NCBI GenBank assembly: GCA_030704615.1 | Contig: CM060732.1 | Span: 682,001 to 746,000 of the forward strand | Direction: 5' to 3' | Origin: Takakia lepidozioides | Taxonomy: Eukaryota; Plantae; Bryophyta | Length of the DNA stretch: 64,000 bases | Part shown: positions 1-14,400 of the stretch, piece by piece | Layout: every line of letters starts with the position of its first letter | How positions within the stretch are numbered: the first letter of the stretch is position 1 | Notes under the pieces: generated by a model | What the model saw: only the letters and a program-made list of their open reading frames with translations | Told to the model about the DNA's origin: nothing | Database searches by the model: none | Position numbers and translations under genes: made by a program

Positions 1-879
1 TACAACTCTCTAACCTGTGACAACCACATAAGTCTCACATCACTCACCACAACACCTGCTATCAGTCTGGCGCCACTCAGCAGCACACTTGTTAACGCGA
101 CTCTCTGTCGCTTAACTTCCAAGTCTATAAACAACAAAGACAGGCTCCACCACCCTTACAAATTTCATTACTCCCCCAAACCAAATTTATTAGCCAGCCC
201 CTTACAGGCCCAATTCTCCCCCTCGCACCACTGCCGTCTCTCACTGCAGGCGGCGCCTCTCTCCCACCCTGCACATGGCTTAAGCTCCATAATCAGCCCT
301 ACCCTGTTAACTCGCTACAATCGCCGTCAGGAAGTAAACTGCTAACGTCCACACTAAATCCTCTCCACCGCTCAAGCTGGCCGAACAGTAAAAGCCACTC
401 CCCCGCCAGCACTAACTATCCACTAGTGCAAAACGCCACTGCCAATGACACTGAAAAACACAGGATTCTTTTGACCTTCCAATGCAAATGAGGCCAAAAT
501 TCACAAATTTTGGTTTTAGGCTGACGACATTAAACGTTGTGTAGAAGGCACAGTTTCATAATTTATTTTGGAGCGGCCAACAACACCGCCGATATGGCTA
601 GTGAAACTTGGCACTAACCTTACATCCCAGGAGGTAGAACGATTCGAGGAAGTAAGTTTTCGGCTACCCAAACGCAATGGGTAACACATTTCCTATGGTC
701 GCACGCTTATAGACCCTTCTTTGTATAGGTGTCCGTGGTAATAGGCCCTTAGCATAGCTGATCACTAAACCCATCCCTAATCCATATCACTAAACCATAG
801 ACGTGTGAGTATGCTCAAGTAAGCAGGCTCTCATGCTCACGTGAGCATGCTCACATGGTAGCTGCGTCGCTGCAGAATA

Positions 880-1520
880 TTGGGTTTCTTGAGTACGATA
901 CACTAGGAGCTATCAAATATTAGTATATGGCCTTGATCTATGAGAGATCCTATTGAGATGAGATTCTTGCTCAAAGAGACAACATACAGAACATTTGGTA
1001 TCTCTTTTATTTCACCTCCTGGTAGTATAATTTCCACATTCCATTTTCCTCTATGCAGTGAGCTCCCCCTCCTGCAACTCTAATATTAGAGTCAGACGGT
1101 ACATGAGATAGAGATGTGAAGAATTACCTACGATCTCCAGACAGTACATGTCGGATAGCACCTGAATCCATGTTCAGACCATCCAATTCTAGACCCACTG
1201 TGAAGACATCCACTTCCTCGAAGTTGTCATCTAGGATCTTAGGGCCGTCGTCGGACACCTCGATCAGATGAGCTGACTCGAACCAGGGCGTCCACGTCTA
1301 TCTCGATTGCGCTTGTTGATTTCCCTAGCCAAGTCGTTGCAAATGCGAATAAGATGCCCAATGTGACCGCACTAATTGCAATGACCAACGATTCTTGGTC
1401 GAAAATCTTTAGGCCGAGAGCTCCGAGTCACCAATTTTGTTGATAGGCCATCCTCAGACGTGAAGGACTGAAGGGGTTATGGTTCTTGAACCTGGTGAAG
1501 GGTGAGTGCAGACTAAGGTG
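880..1520 (-). mobile_element. Degenerate Ty1/Copia gag-protease fragment
   Basis: Minus strand gives a broken zinc knuckle (CN*CGHIGHLIRIC, ~1340-1385) then a Copia protease motif MDSGAIRHV (~1145-1172); stops present; boundaries approximate. Confidence 0.6.
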
Positions 1521-1628
1521 GTTCAAAAACGGCAGATGTGACCTCCACGAAAGTCCATGGGAAAAAAAACTAATTCACATTTCTTGTTCAACTATATCTT
1601 TACATTGATATGTAATGATACGCCTAAC

Positions 1629-2638
1629 CACTACACCATTTGGGGGGGTTAGCGTCGCCCGAACGACGCTATTCGAGGTCCGTAGTGGATGCGAATATGC
1701 GACGCAGCCAGGGCGTCGCATATGCACGACTTAAGGCGACGGGGGGGGGGGGGGGGGGGGTTCGCATATCCCACCCCCTGAAAATCCCCACTAGCGACGC
1801 CCCGGGCGTTGCCATAGCGATACGCATAGAGGGAAAAATAAAAAAATAAAAAATGTCATTATTTAAAAACGACGTCCTAGGGTCGTTATTGTTTTGTTTT
1901 GTTTTGTTGTATTTTGAGTCCGTCTTTGTTAGGTCATTGTTTTTGGAATCGGTTGAAAAAATGGCGGGCCTGCACACAGTTCAAAAAATGGCGGGACATA
2001 CACTTGCCACGTAGTGGTAGCATCGAATTAATGTCAAACCTAACCCATGAGCATGTGTTTACAAGTAGCCGACACATATCGAGTTCCTAAATCATTCAAC
2101 GTGTTGTTAGGCAAATTCGAACGAATGTCTCATGTATTTCTCACTCAGTAGGCTTTCTATTTCTTCCAGTATTTGAAAATTTTAAATATTCTAAATCAGA
2201 TGAATGTCGAATCGCTGAAGTAAGAACCTGTTTGTGGGCTGATTGAGACATTGGAAAACATGAAATATGACGATTATACACACACTAAGACACTTCACAC
2301 TAACCAACGTATTAGTTACAGAATCACACAAACATATGATTAATTGTACATAAGGTAGTTCATGCAGACATCAAATGTAAGCGACGTCTCTGGCAATGCT
2401 TTTCCTGTACCTTCTACTGCAGAAACCGAAAAAAGATCAAGTCATTTTAAGCAATGCCTCAGACATCGCTAAAAATGACTTAACAAAAATATAAAAATAA
2501 AAAAACTCAAAAACCGACCTAGGACGTCGCCTTTAAAAATCGGCGTTTTTTTTTTTTTTTTTTTTTACCCCCCCCTCCCCCCCGGGATGCGATGCTACCT
2601 CCCAACCGACCCCCAGATGCGTCACAGCTAGTTTGCAA

Positions 2639-2675
<37 letters not shown>

Positions 2676-2845
2676 CACTTGGCCAAAATTCACATCTTTG
2701 TGGATTTTGGCATTATTTTTGCGACGCTGGTAACGTCGCACGAGCGACGCCCAAGGCGTCGTAAGATGGGGCGCGGGGGCGGCGTTGCACGGGAGAGATG
2801 CCATGGGAGAACAAACGTCACTAAACCCCCCTAAATGTAGTAGTG
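1629..2845. mobile_element. Non-autonomous CACTA (En/Spm) DNA transposon
   Basis: Starts CACTACACCATTTGGGGGGGTTAG and ends CTAAACCCCCCTAAATGTAGTAGTG (imperfect TIR with CACTA termini). 3-bp TSD AAC at 1626-1628 and 2846-2848. GCGACG/CGTCGC subterminal repeats; no transposase. Confidence 0.9.
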
Positions 2846-3099
2846 AACATTTTTAGTAAAGGTTCCATCACAAATATTTGAAATATTTTTATTTATAAAT
2901 ATTATTTCATAATTTAGAAAATAACTAATTTGTAGATCCCCGATTATATATGAGATTTGTCCATCTAATTATACGAACCTATATATAGTGACAATCTTTT
3001 TATTGTCATTGAAGAGTTTATACCCAAATATGAAAATTTCTAAACCCATCGACTTTTGAAATTTTGGATATGTTTGGAGGTATATAAAAGTCCGTAGGC

Positions 3100-3238
3100 A
3101 TATACCCTCTTACGAGTGGTTGTGGGTTTAAACCACCCTGTTAGTTGTTACAAAGGTGTCCACCTTCCTACCGGAAGACAGTAGCCCTTTTGGGTCAAGT
3201 GACACCATAAGTTACGTTTGCTTCGGCAACGCGTCCAC
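3100..3238 (+). repeat. Diverged partial copy of the SINE at 47060-47237
   Basis: Aligns by eye to the reverse complement of ~47078-47215 (GGTGTCCACC...CAGTAGCCCTT...GGGTCAAG..ACACCATAAGTTACG). Confidence 0.7.
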
Positions 3239-3599
3239 CTTTAAAAGTCCGTAGCAAACTAACAAATAAATGAAATTATCTACAAAGTCATCCATGTCTC
3301 TTATTCCTCAACGACAATCTCTTGGAGTCCAAATGTAAAATGACTAAGTGCAAGTTAGTGTTTAAGAGTCCAATTGTGGACAAACTGGAATGTGACAGCC
3401 CAAAGTGCAAGTCCTCAAAAGTCCATAGCTCCATAAAAAAATCATCTAACTTGCAAAATAATCATACCAACATATAGATATGGTAGATGGCTAGCAACAT
3501 TCAATCTCATTCGGGATGAAGATAAATTCTTTTGCATGATGTTACGGATACGGTAATATGAAGAGCACTTACTGAAAAACTGCAGTGTGACGTCAAAAC

Positions 3600-4700
3600 T
3601 GAGCCACCTTAGCCTGCACACACCGTGAAAAAAACCTCATTTTGATGACAGTTTTTGCTTGAATTTTGTGAACAAAGCTTTCTCATCACCTCGCTGCTTG
3701 TTGTGAAATGTAATTCTGCTCTCTTCAAGATACAACCTACATCTAGACAAATCGTTGAGACTCGGAAATATAGCCCCTCCTCCAACTATCTAGACAATTC
3801 CATCGTAAGTAGCAGGAAGAGAGTTGATCATTCGTTCGACAATCTTGGTTTCTGCGACAGGGGCTCCCATACTGGCCAGGCAGTACATGCCATTTGATAT
3901 CTCTTTGAGATAGTCAGTGATTGATACTCCTTCTTTGAGCCTAGTGTTTGCAAATAATCTGTCCTTGAGATACAATGCTCTAGCATTATTGGTGTCATGG
4001 TAGCGAGCCTTAGAAAATCCCAAATTTCTCTAGTATCTCTCAGGTGTGCTACTAGACCAATGATGTCATCCTTGAGCGAGAGATTGATTATCGACCTAGC
4101 CTTGTTCTTTTGCCTAAATTCAATAGCAGGGTCTGAAATGAGTAGAGGTGCTAGACCTCTAATCTTAGGTGTGCATGATGTCATCCTTGAGCGAGAGATT
4201 GATTATCGACCTAGCCTTGTTCTTTTGCCTAAGTTCAATAGCAGGGTCTGAAATAAGTAGAGGTGCTAAACCTTTAATCACCGGTTGGAGAGGTTCGACA
4301 TGATGCCATACTTCATCCCTGATCAGAATATTCTCGAGATTGAAGCTCCATACATTGTAGTTCAAGGCCCAGAAAGCTTGTCTGACTTAGAGATAGTATT
4401 CTCTAAATTTGAGTTTCATGATGGCGGACACAGAGACACAAAGCGTGAACAATAAGTTACTAAGACGGAGGAAGATCACACCATGGAGCTAGACACTTGC
4501 TCGATGGAGACTATTTTGCACATTGGCTAAAACTCTATTTGGAAGGACATTACTACATTTGACTTACACAATGGAGACTTGTTTGCACATCGGCTAAAAA
4601 AAACTCTATCTTGAAACTGACTTGCCTTAGGTCGATTGCAGGAGCTATGCTACATTGCTCCAAGCTCTGATACCATACTGACAGTAATCAAAAGATCAAT
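3600..4700 (-). mobile_element. Ty1/Copia 5' fragment (PBS + gag)
   Basis: tRNA-iMet PBS TGGTATCAGAGC on the minus strand at 4664-4675. Gag-like ORFs NYNVWSFNLENIL, KARSIINLSLKDDI, RALYLKDRLF...SLPATY. Internal ~115-bp tandem duplication (~4060-4160 vs ~4177-4280). Confidence 0.85.
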
Positions 4701-5099
4701 TAAGAGAAAAACAGTGCCACATTATAAGTAAGCCCGGTGGGCTGAGTCCAAAGGAAAATAGTCAAGCTCCTAATGAGTGTGAAGGGTGGTAACCCTTCAA
4801 TGATGCCAACGTCGACGCACAGGCTGCCATTACAGAGACCATCGCCTATTCTACTAGTTCTACTCTACACAGTCCACTTACGATGAAAGCTGTCACTAAA
4901 GGTAAAACCGCTAATTGTCTACGGTAGGGTTAGAGGTGTAAAGACCACACTCTACACTAGTAGGGTTGTTCTTTGATACCAGTGCTGATAACCGGGTTTA
5001 TAAGCGACGGAACCCTACATACGAGACCAACATTAGTCAAGGAAACAGATCTTAATTCCGTTGGTTTCGACCAGAGTCTTTTCTCTCTCAATTTCACAA

Positions 5100-6680
5100 T
5101 TGGCATGATTATGCTCAATCATTGTATCACTCCACATCAAATGTTAGTAAGGTGGTCAAGAAGCTACAAAATGGCAGGGCAGTGGATTTATCAAGGCTCC
5201 ATAGTGAATTTATCAAACACACGGCAAAAACCTTGGCTCCATTTATAGTACATCTTTTCAATGAGGCAATGCAACACGACTTTCCATCTTTAAGAGTGGT
5301 GACAGGCTTGAACCGACCAACTACCGCACAATCATGGTTTCTTCATTACTGGCTAAACTATTCAAGGTAGTAGTTGCTATGGAACTAGATGATTGGGTTG
5401 AAACCTCCGACCTTGCACGCTACTGGGCAAGTGGGCTTCCTTCGCAACTGGTCCACTCTTGACCACATTTTCACTCGTTAGACTATGGTCAAACGAGCAA
5501 GCTATGATAAAAAAAATGGTTTATGTTTACTTTGTGGACTTTCAAAAGGTTTTTGATTCATTTTCTCGAGCCCTTCTTCCTCAAAGGCTCCACAAGATGG
5601 AAGTTCCCTCAGACATCATATATGCCATTTTATCTATGTATGAGACTGTCATTGGCATGGTCAAGGTCACACGGCAAAAGTTCATAGCAACATTGGCGTC
5701 AAATAGGGCTGCCCTCTCTCATCTACCTTTTTTGGGATCTATATAGATGCTTTGAAGGGATACATTTCAAAGAATCACGGAGTAGGATCAAGTCCTTTGG
5801 ACGGTGGACCAATTCACTCAACACTTCTCTACGCTTATGATGTTGCTCTCTTGGCACAATCTTTTATCTTCCTTCAACGCCACCTTTGCATATTGGAAGA
5901 CTTCTCCAAAGACTATGGGCTGCATGTAGGTCAATCTTACCAAAACTAAGATCATGGTTTTCAATGGCCATGCGGATCGCAGATTCCACTACAATCAACA
6001 AATCATCGAGGTTGCCAAATCCTATACATACCTTGGTCTGGTTCTCTACTCACTCAAATTCCAGTTTGCCTCAACTACGGACAGATTGACCAAGGGTAGG
6101 GCAGCCTCAATTCGCGGCTTCCAGGCCAGATATAAACCGATACACTTGCGCCACTTGTTTCAAAGTGGCTCTTTGAAACCATTGTCACCCCAACCGTCAC
6201 TTATGGTTGTGAGTTCCGGGCACCTGGTGTCCCAGTTTTTTGGTGTGAGAAAAATTTGGAACCACTGCAGTCATCTTTCCTCCAAACAATGCTTGGTGCT
6301 CGGGTTACGACTCCATCACACATTCTATGTGCGGAGTTTGCATGCTTGCCCCTTCAAGCTGAGGCCCTCTTCCGGCTTGCAATCTTTCTTAAAAGGTTAC
6401 AAGCCCTAAACCCCATAGGGCTCACAACAAATGCCCTATCTATCAGGCTCCATACAACAGGTTTCAAGCCCTCTTGGTATGCTTGGGTGTGCAGTTTTTT
6501 GTAGCGCAATGGACTCATATCGCTTCCCTATTGCCACAAAATACAGAAGGGGTGAAGATCACGTCCAAACATGATCACAAGAAACTCTGCACATCTGAAA
6601 TTTCTCATATATACGTTAATGATTCTCGGGTGTGCCCAGAAATATCCAATCCGAGTTTGAGCGCTTATGGAACTCCAGGT
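5100..6680 (+). mobile_element. Degenerate LINE reverse transcriptase fragment (RTE-like)
   Basis: Frameshifted RT motifs FVDFQKVFDS, GVK*GCPLS, LLYAYD (YADD-like), KSYTYLG. Confidence 0.8.
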
Positions 6681-8479
6681 TAGGCGAACATGGAAGCCGG
6701 CCATTCTAACAAAAAAAACTCCATTTTTACCTAGAGACTTTGCTCCTACCCCCTCTAAAGGAAAGACATTATTTTCCAATTTTTCGCCAAAAACAGGAGA
6801 GATGAACGAGAGGTTGTCGCCATGAAATCCGTATGATTGTGAAGTTGGACCTGTTAAAACCTGCCAGCTGTCATATTGACATCTAGAGGTGCCGGTTCAT
6901 TCTTTTCGCAACTTGGGGCGCTGGGTCGAACACGATCTCCCCCGGCATCTCCTTTTCGTGCTCTCGCTGTTAAGGAGGCCCCCCTGCTGCTGAAGCGCCG
7001 GCAGCCAAACGCCTTAAGACCCCTGTCAGCATACAGACTTCTAAGGCAGATCTCTCCAAAAGTCGTGCTTCTTCCTCGCTCGGCAGATCGCCCACAGTCT
7101 TTCGCCCCCAAACGGGCTTCGTATCCCCTCCCTGACAAATCTCTCTCTATCAGCAATTATGCCTCTCGGTGCTTACAGCTCCGATCATTTTCAGAAGTGG
7201 AGGTCTCTGCTCTGGCCTCTAATGAGGAGATTTCCAGCTCTGGTTTTGCTGCCATAAATGTCCCCCCCTTTTAGTTTCGCTCTCCACGGGCGGCGGGCGG
7301 TTTCCGCACCTTCAAACTGTTGGACCTGCAGGTTTTGTGGGCTCATGGGTCTCCACGGTGGATCAGAAAGATTTTGGTGAAGATCAGGAAGTGGCTTTGG
7401 TGCTTTCCAAAATCTCGGAGACTTTTTTCCCCTTCCTTCCTCACTGCACTTTCACACAGGAAACTACCGTTCACTTCTGTGCCTACTCTGAAGAATACAG
7501 CAACCTTCGGAGCCCAAGATGAGAGGACAAGAGGAGTGCAAGGCCTGCATGCATGAGTGAAGGAGAGGGGAGTAAATTGGGGCGCCGCCGACGAGGCCTC
7601 GAGTAGCGCTAAGTTCCCAATCCCCTCACCGCAGATTGCGGAGCGATTTCGCCTCACATCGCTACCATCCCACCCACTTGCTGGTCGAACACACAAGTGC
7701 CGCTCACGAGAAAATTGAGAAAAAGAGCACTGATGCCCGGCTTACACTGGGCCCAACCCTTGCATCGTGCACTTCTTCTTTTGCTGCCCTCTTTACTATG
7801 AGCTCCGTGGGGGATTTCCATTCTGTTCCGTGACACCCAATCTCTCACTGAAGACTTCCATTATGAGGATCAGAAATTCTCGGCAGCTTTTCCTGCATGA
7901 AGCTTTGACCCTTCCACAATCCCTTGAGCAGTACAATTGCTTTTGGGCTGCCTTTGGCTGCGGTTTTGTCTCTTCTTTCTTGTTTTTCCCTTTTGTACCA
8001 TAAGCTCTTCGAGCTTTCTGTGGGCGTTATAAAGTACTATTTCATTTCATTTCTCTCTTATCCAGTGTTGGCTGGGTAGCATTTTCAGCCCTATGCCAGT
8101 CCAGGGTATATGCCATCTTCTTTGAAGGAAATGAACGGCAGGGCAGGATATGCAATACGAAGTAGGGGAAGACCCAGCATGGAATAGCCAGCTTCTGAGC
8201 AAAGGATGTTCTTGCTGGGACATCTCTCTTAGCTTCTTACACAACAACTCTGCAACCACCACCTGAGGCACTAACATTGATGGAAACCCAAAAAAAGCTC
8301 AGAGGGTGCACATTTCTCATGTATCTCTCTGCCAAGCTTAAGACTTCCTTCACATCAGGTGTGAAATGTCAGTACAGTACACTCAACAATTCCACAGGAC
8401 ATTCTCCCTTTTTAACGAGAAACTCCCTTGCGGAATGAATTGTACATCTTGGCATGAAATTCACCCCTCTGCACCCAGC

Positions 8480-11400
8480 TCATGAGGCTTCTGGTGTGGT
8501 ATCTGCAGCCACCTGTTCGGGTGCTCCCTTGTAGTAATGGCTGAAAATGCTTGAAAAGTCCAAGTCCCCTTGACCGTTTTTGCACAAGACCATGTACCTT
8601 TCCTCCACATCACCCATTATATATCAACACCCTACACTATGAAAGGGAACATAGTGGTGTGGAATGAATGCTCAGTGGGTGAGAGGAATGGAGAGAGAGA
8701 AAGAAAATTTATAACATCCATGGGAATTCAAAGAGCTTATGGGATCGTCTGTAAACATACAATCTTGGGAGTAGGCTAATTGATCATATTCCTGAGCAAT
8801 ACATGGAGACCTAGAAAGGACAGCGCAATCAATGATTTATGACTAGGCTGGATTTCTTATTCTGAGTTAAGTCTGGTTATATTCCTGCTCCCTCACAGCT
8901 TGCTAGGCAAAGATTTGCAGTTGGACATTCTATAAATTTACAAAGAGCCCACAAGTGCAAGAAGAGAGATAAGATAACACACACATATTGTAAACTTGCG
9001 AAGCTAGAGGCAATGGTGAATCTGATTCCTGTGCTGCTGCCGATGCGAGTCCCAAGTCTTTGGCCTGCATCCACAAGCCAAGAGCCAACAAGTTGTAACT
9101 GCCTGAGGAGAGCTATTCCTGGACTTGTTACATGTGTCTGCAGACTTGGCCATCTTTAAATCTGTCAACAGGAAAGTCAACAGAAACGTTGAAGCCTAAA
9201 GATTCGGGAATGGAAGGGTGGATAACTAGACAGCCTACCAGAGTTAAGAACCCGAAAACCAACAAACCAGAAGCAGGTGACCAACCATGAGAAGGACAAG
9301 GCCAAGGCTGGCATGGAAAACAAAATCGTTCATATCACATCTACATCTTTGCAAAGCCTAGCCCACTGATGACCTTCAAACCTTGCGACTGAAACTCCAA
9401 CATAGCATGTCCTGTCTAACCTCAACGAGGCCTGCTACAAGCCAGGAAGACGAATACTACTCTAGCATGTATACAGAGTATGTGATACGAAAGCGAGAGG
9501 AAGCATCAAGAATTTGCCAACCCATGAATAGAGCAGTACTACAGCCTGTCTGCTCACATGAGCCATTCTTAAGGGAAATTGTGTCTGAGTTGCTCATTCT
9601 GTTCTGTTTTGAGAAGGTTCAAGCAAGCTAGGGAAGGGGAGCTTACCATGAGCTGGCAAGAAAACCCCCCTTGATAATTGTGTGAGGCAGGTACACCCAC
9701 CATTACTCCCGGAACTGGATTGTATGTGTCACTGTGCAGCATCCCAAGACTAACTTAGTCAAGACCAAGACAAACACATCCCTGCAATGGTCTCAGAACA
9801 TTGATAAGAGGTAATGTATTGGTAGATTTCGCAGGCTATGAGTTTAAGCACAAGGACCAACCCTAGCCCAAGTGCCGAGTATGCTAGACAGAGCATACGA
9901 CTGCCCAATTTGGGCGGAGGGGCTGCCCCCAAGTGGTAGAGGTCCGCTTGTTACCATTCAGAGATCACCAGTCCAAAGGAGCTGCAGGGAATGGCCCGCG
10001 TAGGCATTTTCTAAAGAGGGAAAGGCCCCAAACTTTCCAACTGAATCCAATGCACTACCTTACCTGGAGCAAAGCGCTTCAGGTCAAAACAAACAAAGAC
10101 ACGAGGTCACAAGGCCGGCATTTAGTCACAGAGACATTAATGTACTCCCGTATCAAGTCCACCCAATGGCAATAGGCTTCCTAGAGGACAGGGAGAGTCA
10201 ACCCCTGTATAGAGTGATAGCATAAGATATTTCCGAAGTAAATAGGTCAAATATTTCACCCCCCAGGGTGATTCCTGGGAATTGGTTCCTCATGCCAAAT
10301 CTAGGGCTTCATGTGTAGTTTTTGGGGTGAATCCCAGGATGGACGATGTGTCCTTTCAAAATACATGCTCTAGCTTAGGCTTGGATTATTTGGCTAATGG
10401 TTCCATCTCCAGACTTGATAACAGAGGTACTTTGAAGGTTGCAATGCCCAAAAATGCTACTGATAGAGTCTCACATCAATTCAATCTCAAAGAAGTTCGT
10501 CCCTTGACTGGCTGGAGAGCAGTCTTAGACATTGGTGATTCAATGAGGCACTCAAAACTTCCCTGAACTTGTTTCCAGTCTGTGACTTTAGGGAGGACAT
10601 CATGGATGACCTCAAGGGTCTACCCACTCTCGGCACCAGACTGAATTTAAACTCAGGGCAGGAAGCCTACCTTTGAACAGAAAACAGAAGCAGAGAGGAA
10701 AGGGAGAGTGCAATTGCCTGTTGTGTGGGCAACCCGAAGACAATATTCATTTCCTGATTCATTGTCCGGGGTTCTCTCACCAGAGAGACGCTCTCCTCAA
10801 ATCTATCAAGGGAGCCTGTACCTCTGTTTACCAACTTTGAAAGTCTCGAGGCTGAGCCAAAAGCCCAGGCCCTTCTGGGGCCTAGTTATTGGGCAAACCA
10901 CACACAGCAGATCGATGCTTATGTGAAGGGATTTCTAGAGGATATCTGGAAAACCCGGATCAATGTTTTATACCAAGGTAAGTCTTACTACCGACGTCAG
11001 CCCCTGACAAAGGTAGGTTCTGTCCCTTTGTGTTCCGCTCAAACTGGGCGCGGGGTCAATGGCCACATGGCTACGGCAAACAACGTCTTATGAGTACATT
11101 CTATACAGGGGTTGTTCTCCCTGTCCTCTAGGAAGCCTATTGCCATTGGGTGGACTTGATACGGGAGTACATAAATGTCTCTGTGACTAAATGCCGGCCT
11201 TGTGACCCAGTGTCTTCGTCTGTTTTGACCTGAAGCGCTTTGCTTCAGGTCAGGTAGTGCATTGGATTTAGTTGGAGAGTTTGGGGCCTCTCCCTCTTTA
11301 GAATATACCTACGGGGGGCATTCCCTGCAGCTCCCTGGAGTGTGATCTCTGAATGGTAACAAGCGAACCCCTACCGCTTTGGGGGCAGCGGAACGTCAAT

Positions 11401-14400
11401 TTGAAAGTTTCTAACCGGTTTGATGCACTGGATGAGGTTGAGTCCAAGCAGTCAGACAGACAAACTGACCCTAAGAGTGCTGAGCCTGAGCGTCGTGTGA
11501 CTGAAGGATTTGGTACTCTGAATGGTTTACCATTCCTTAAAGTTTACACAAGACGAGCAAAATCTACACACGGGGTAATTGTTCCCCTTTGGAGAACAGT
11601 TGGCCGTCCAGAAGCAACCATAGGCTACCTAGACGACAAACAATGCATATGCAAAGGGCTGGGCTTGCGGCTGGGCATTTTCAATTTCTCAGGGCTGACT
11701 AACCAAAGGAAACAATTTGAAGTGGGACAAGTTCTTCGGGCAGATGATATGCATATCTGTGCTGGGCAAGAGACATGGGAAACTTCGGACAAACTGGTTG
11801 GAAATGTCACTGGTTATAAGTGGATCGGTAAGATGTGCACTCTCAAGGCGGCCTCTGCCAAACGTGGTCAAAAAGGGGTTGGCTTCTTTGTCTGTGATTT
11901 CTTGTGTGACAATTGTAGGGTTTGCGGTATGAGCACAGTATCTGGCTAGAACTGAAATTGAAGGGCGGCATGAATACGAAGGACCTCTTTGTGGGTTGTG
12001 TTTACATGCCCACAGAGGGGCTCCTTAGTGCTGACGCAGACAAAGCCTTCAAAGACGTAAAGCTGGACTGTGCTCACCAAAGGTCAGGCAGGTGGCTTAT
12101 TGGGTGACTTCCATGTCTGGGTGGGCAAAGGTCTTCATCAGGATGATACCACTGGGCTTTTGGTGAGGACGAGCTGAATTCTAATGGTAGTCTGGAAGAA
12201 CTTCAGCTTTTGACCTTGAATAATAGGTCAAAAGTGCAGTGGACTCGTGAGAAAGCCCAAACTGGGAACATTCCATTGTGGATCATATCATAATGGACAA
12301 AAATTTGTTTCCCAAGAGCCAATGTGTCGATCGACAGAACTGATATTGGTACCTCTGACCACCTCCTGGTTTGGGCTAAGATCAAAAGGTGGTTCCCGAC
12401 ACCAAGAGATCTGTGAAACGTTCGAGTCGGAAGTGGCGCATAGAAAAATTCCAAAATGAAGAGGTCAAGGCTGAGTATGTGCAGGCCTTGCAAGAGGCTC
12501 TCCCTCATTTTTTCCACTCGCTCCAAGACCTTCAGTCTCGCTCTGGCAATGCCAGAAATGAATTCGAAAGTGCAGTGGATTCTTGGGAGAGTTTCGTCTC
12601 CTCTGTGGCTGACAAGATCATTGGGAGGAAACTAATTGTGTGCAGTAGAGCTGTTAATTGGTGGACCAATGAGATTAAACTAAAGATAGCTGAGAGATGA
12701 GTCCTCTATAAAGAGTGCTGCAATTTGAATACTAACAAAGAATTGTGGGCGAGGTACTACCAGATCCGCAAAGATATCAATCAGCTTGTAAGGTCTCGGA
12801 AGCAATTATACTGGGACAAGCTATACAGTGAAATAAACTGAAACCACCATGGTGGTAATGACAAGAGATTCTGGTTGGCCCTTCAACGTTTGTACAAGCC
12901 GAAAAACTGTCAGCAAGTACAAGCACTGAGGACTACTAAGGGTGCAGTGGTGACTTCAACGGTTGGCATTGTCAAAAAATTTGAAACCCACTACAGTATC
13001 CTTGGCAGGATTTCTAGGTCGAACAGTGAGGGGTCCTCTGAAGAATGGAAGGACACAGTTGGAAAAACTGTTCCTATGATTCAAGACAGCCCTGATGAAT
13101 TGGAGTATATTTCAAAGGCTTACAATGCTCCCATTAGTTCTTCTGGGATTGTGGAAGCAATTGAGCGTTTAAACGGATATAAAGCTGGTGGACCTGATGG
13201 CCTAGTCAACGAGCTTATCAAGCACGGTGGCGATCCCATGATAGAGGCCCTTGTACTTCTCTTTAACCTTATCTGGAGGACTGAAATGATCACCCTATTC
13301 CATGACAGTGCAACGTAGAGGAGGTTCTATGTGCCTAAATTGTGTTTGTTAGGAATTCTTATTTGCCACCTACTATACAAGAAGGGTGACAGAGAAGAAC
13401 GGGGGAACTACCGAGGCATCACGCTCCTCAATGCAGTTGGCAAGATATCTTGCAGAGTTATAAGTACTCGTCTCGAGGTTGATCTGGAATCTAGAGGTTG
13501 TTTCCACGAAGGCCAAGCTGGCTTTCGGCGAAACAGGGGCTGTGTGGATCATATCTTCACTCTAAGCCAGATTATCCAGGGAAGGAAAAAAGAAAGGGAA
13601 ACCGACTTTTGTATTTTCCTTGGATGTCAAAAAGGCTTATGACAGTGTGGAGAGACGGTCTATGGCTCCGCCTCTGGTCATGTGGGATCAAGGAAAGATG
13701 TGGAGAGTGGTCCATAACTTGTATGCTCACACCAAAAAATGTGTCACTGGCAATGGACAGCAGTCTAACTTCTTTGACATAGACCAAGGTGTAGCTCAAG
13801 GATGTACCCTCTCCCCTCTGCTCTTCAATGTTTTCATCAATCAACTCCTCGAGGATGTGGAAAGTGAGGGATTTAGGTCATGGGTGGGTGGTGCCACCAT
13901 ACCAGCCCTTATGTTTGCGGATGACTTCGCAGGCATAGGGGAGACTCCTTCCAATCTCCAGGAGTTGATTGATTGCGCGAAGAGATACTTTGACCTTTGG
14001 GGGCTAGAGGCTAACGTCAGTAAATGTGCAGTGGTGGCATTCAACGACCGAGGGGAGGGAGGAGGTGATCTCAAGTGGCAGTGGGGAAGCCAAGAGATTC
14101 CAGTCCTCCCTTCCTACACATACCTCAGCGTTGAGTTTTCCTCCAACTGTAATTGGGGTGCACATATTCAGAAAGTTGTTCAAACTGGCAAGCGCGAAGC
14201 GCTGGATCTCACTAAATCTTTCAACTGCAGAGGATCAACTCTGAGGTAAAAAAAACCATGCTTTGTCGCGTTATTAGACCTGCCTTGTAGTATGCATCTG
14301 CAATATGGGTTGATAACTCCAACCAGGCTAAGTCTCTAGAATCCATTCAAGTGGGGGTGCTTAAGGAGTGCATGTCAGCATGCTCCAAAACAGCCAATGT

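Noticed and set aside
832-854. Overlapping palindromes CATGCTCACGTGAGCATG and GTGAGCATGCTCAC
   Set aside because: Lie next to TE debris with no nearby gene; explained by local repetition of ATGCTCAC.
6700-8056. ORFs 6876-7274 and neighbours as a possible gene
   Set aside because: No recognisable domain; the region ends in an (ATTTC)n tail also seen reversed at ~17325 and ~47320, so it is more likely retroelement-derived, but I could not classify it.
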